A stretch of DNA of 64,000 nucleotides, from positions 1,472,001 to 1,536,000 of the forward strand of contig CBDCFN010000016.1 in the NCBI GenBank assembly GCA_965216315.1, given 5' to 3'. The notes under the pieces were generated by a model. The model had not been told where the DNA came from, ran no database searches, and saw only the letters and a program-made list of their open reading frames with translations. Below, in pieces: positions 62,863 to 64,000 of the stretch. Every line of letters starts with the position of its first letter. Within the stretch, counting starts at the first letter, position 1. The stretch comes from a bacterium. Its GTDB lineage: Bacteria; UBA10199; 2-02-FULL-50-16; JAJFLM01. A program made the translations under genes and the position numbers.

Positions 62863-63954
62863 ATGAATGTAGCCACAATAATCAAAAAAGCCCGGGACCG
62901 CGAGCGCATCAGCCTTGATGAAGCTCGCATTCTTTACAACCAAGCTGACCTACTCAGCCTGGGAGAAATCGCCGGTGAAATCGCCCGCGAAAAAACCGGC
63001 AACGATGTTGGATTTATCATTGATCGCAACATCAACTACAGCAATGTCTGCGCAATCTCGTGTCAATTCTGCAATTTCTATCGCAAAAAAAATGATGATG
63101 ATGCGTATATAGTTGAGTTTGATGAACTCGACCAAAAAATCCAACAAACCATTGATCTGGGCGGCACGGGCATTTTGTTGCAAGGCGGACACCACCCGGA
63201 CCTAAAAATCGACTGGTATGAAACCTATTTTCTCCACATCCGCGAGTCTTTTCCGAATGTCCACTTGCACGCCCTTTCTCCCTCCGAAATTGAACATATT
63301 AGTCGGATTTCACGTATTTCGTTTAAAGAATGTGTTCAACGCCTCAAGGAGGCTGGACTGATGTCAATTCCCGGCGGTGGTGGTGAGATCCTCGTCGATC
63401 GTGTTCGCAAAGAAATTTCCGCCGGCAAGGTCTTGGCGGATGACTGGCTGGAGATCATGAAAATCGCTCATCGACTCGAAGTCCCCTCCTCCGCAACGAT
63501 GATGTTTGGTCATATCGAAACTATCGACGAACGACTTGAGCATCTCGACAAAGTCAGAGCGACACAAGATGAAACAGGCGGCTTCTATGCGTTCATCCCT
63601 TGGAATTTTCAGTCAGGCAACACGGAACTGAGTCGACTCCGTGATATCCAAGATGTTTCTTCACAGGAATATCTGCGCATGCTGGCTCTCGCGCGCATCT
63701 ACCTCGACAACATCAAAAATATCCAAGTATCTTGGCTCACTCAGGGCCTTAAAACCGCCGCTGTCGCCCTCCATTTCGGCGCCAATGACCTGGGGAGCTG
63801 CATGATTGAGGAAAATGTTATCAGTCAGGCGGGGGCCGCCTATAAAGCTAACGCCGACGCACTCAAACAAACTATTGAGGGAGCCGGTTTTCGTGCCCGG
63901 CAACGCAACACCTGCTATCAATTCCTTGATTCACTCCCAGCGAATGCCGCATAA
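62863..63954 (+). CDS. mqnC: cyclic dehypoxanthine futalosine synthase (radical SAM)
   Basis: IDRNINYSNVCAISCQFCNF, LLQGGHHP, SIPGGGGEIL, TMMFGHIE, GANDLGSCMIEENV. Confidence 0.9.
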   Translation: MNVATIIKKARDRERISLDEARILYNQADLLSLGEIAGEIAREKTGNDVGFIIDRNINYSNVCAISCQFCNFYRKKNDDDAYIVEFDELDQKIQQTIDLGGTGILLQGGHHPDLKIDWYETYFLHIRESFPNVHLHALSPSEIEHISRISRISFKECVQRLKEAGLMSIPGGGGEILVDRVRKEISAGKVLADDWLEIMKIAHRLEVPSSATMMFGHIETIDERLEHLDKVRATQDETGGFYAFIPWNFQSGNTELSRLRDIQDVSSQEYLRMLALARIYLDNIKNIQVSWLTQGLKTAAVALHFGANDLGSCMIEENVISQAGAAYKANADALKQTIEGAGFRARQRNTCYQFLDSLPANAA

Positions 63955-64000
63955 ATATGAAATCATCGGCGACTAAGACGAAACCTCAAAGCAAATCAAA

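Overview
Bacterial chromosomal window, tentatively a deltaproteobacterium-like organism (futalosine menaquinone genes, pheA-tyrA-aroA-rpsA-sppA-ihfB order). It has five parts. (1) 1-8.3 kb: housekeeping genes. (2) 8.4-20.35 kb: a ~12 kb island integrated in tRNA-Gly(GCC). It carries an intact tyrosine integrase, an excisionase-like HTH, a SIR2-like putative defence gene, two diverged copies of a structured iteron-like non-coding unit, a HigBA-type toxin-antitoxin pair, and two cargo modules separated by repeated CACCCCATTTTGTGGGTG sites. Its attR tRNA fragment has a T-loop insertion. (3) 20.4-28.1 kb: accessory genes. (4) 28.6-53.1 kb: two paralogous giant secreted fibre/adhesin genes (about 5,700 and 2,152 aa) flanking a REP-associated tyrosine transposase. 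(5) 53.2-64 kb: housekeeping genes (pgsA, nadB, dnaJ, dnaK, mqnA, mqnC), several carrying in-frame palindromic insertions. The most unusual signal is in the 17 kb fibre gene. It is a mosaic of duplicated modules studded with short peptide motifs typical of unrelated families (type IV pilin, Flp pilin, TonB box, Rhs YD, dockerin/EF-hand, kinase). These motifs often sit at module junctions and are synonymously recoded between copies. All calls were made by eye from the sequence; no database searches were run.
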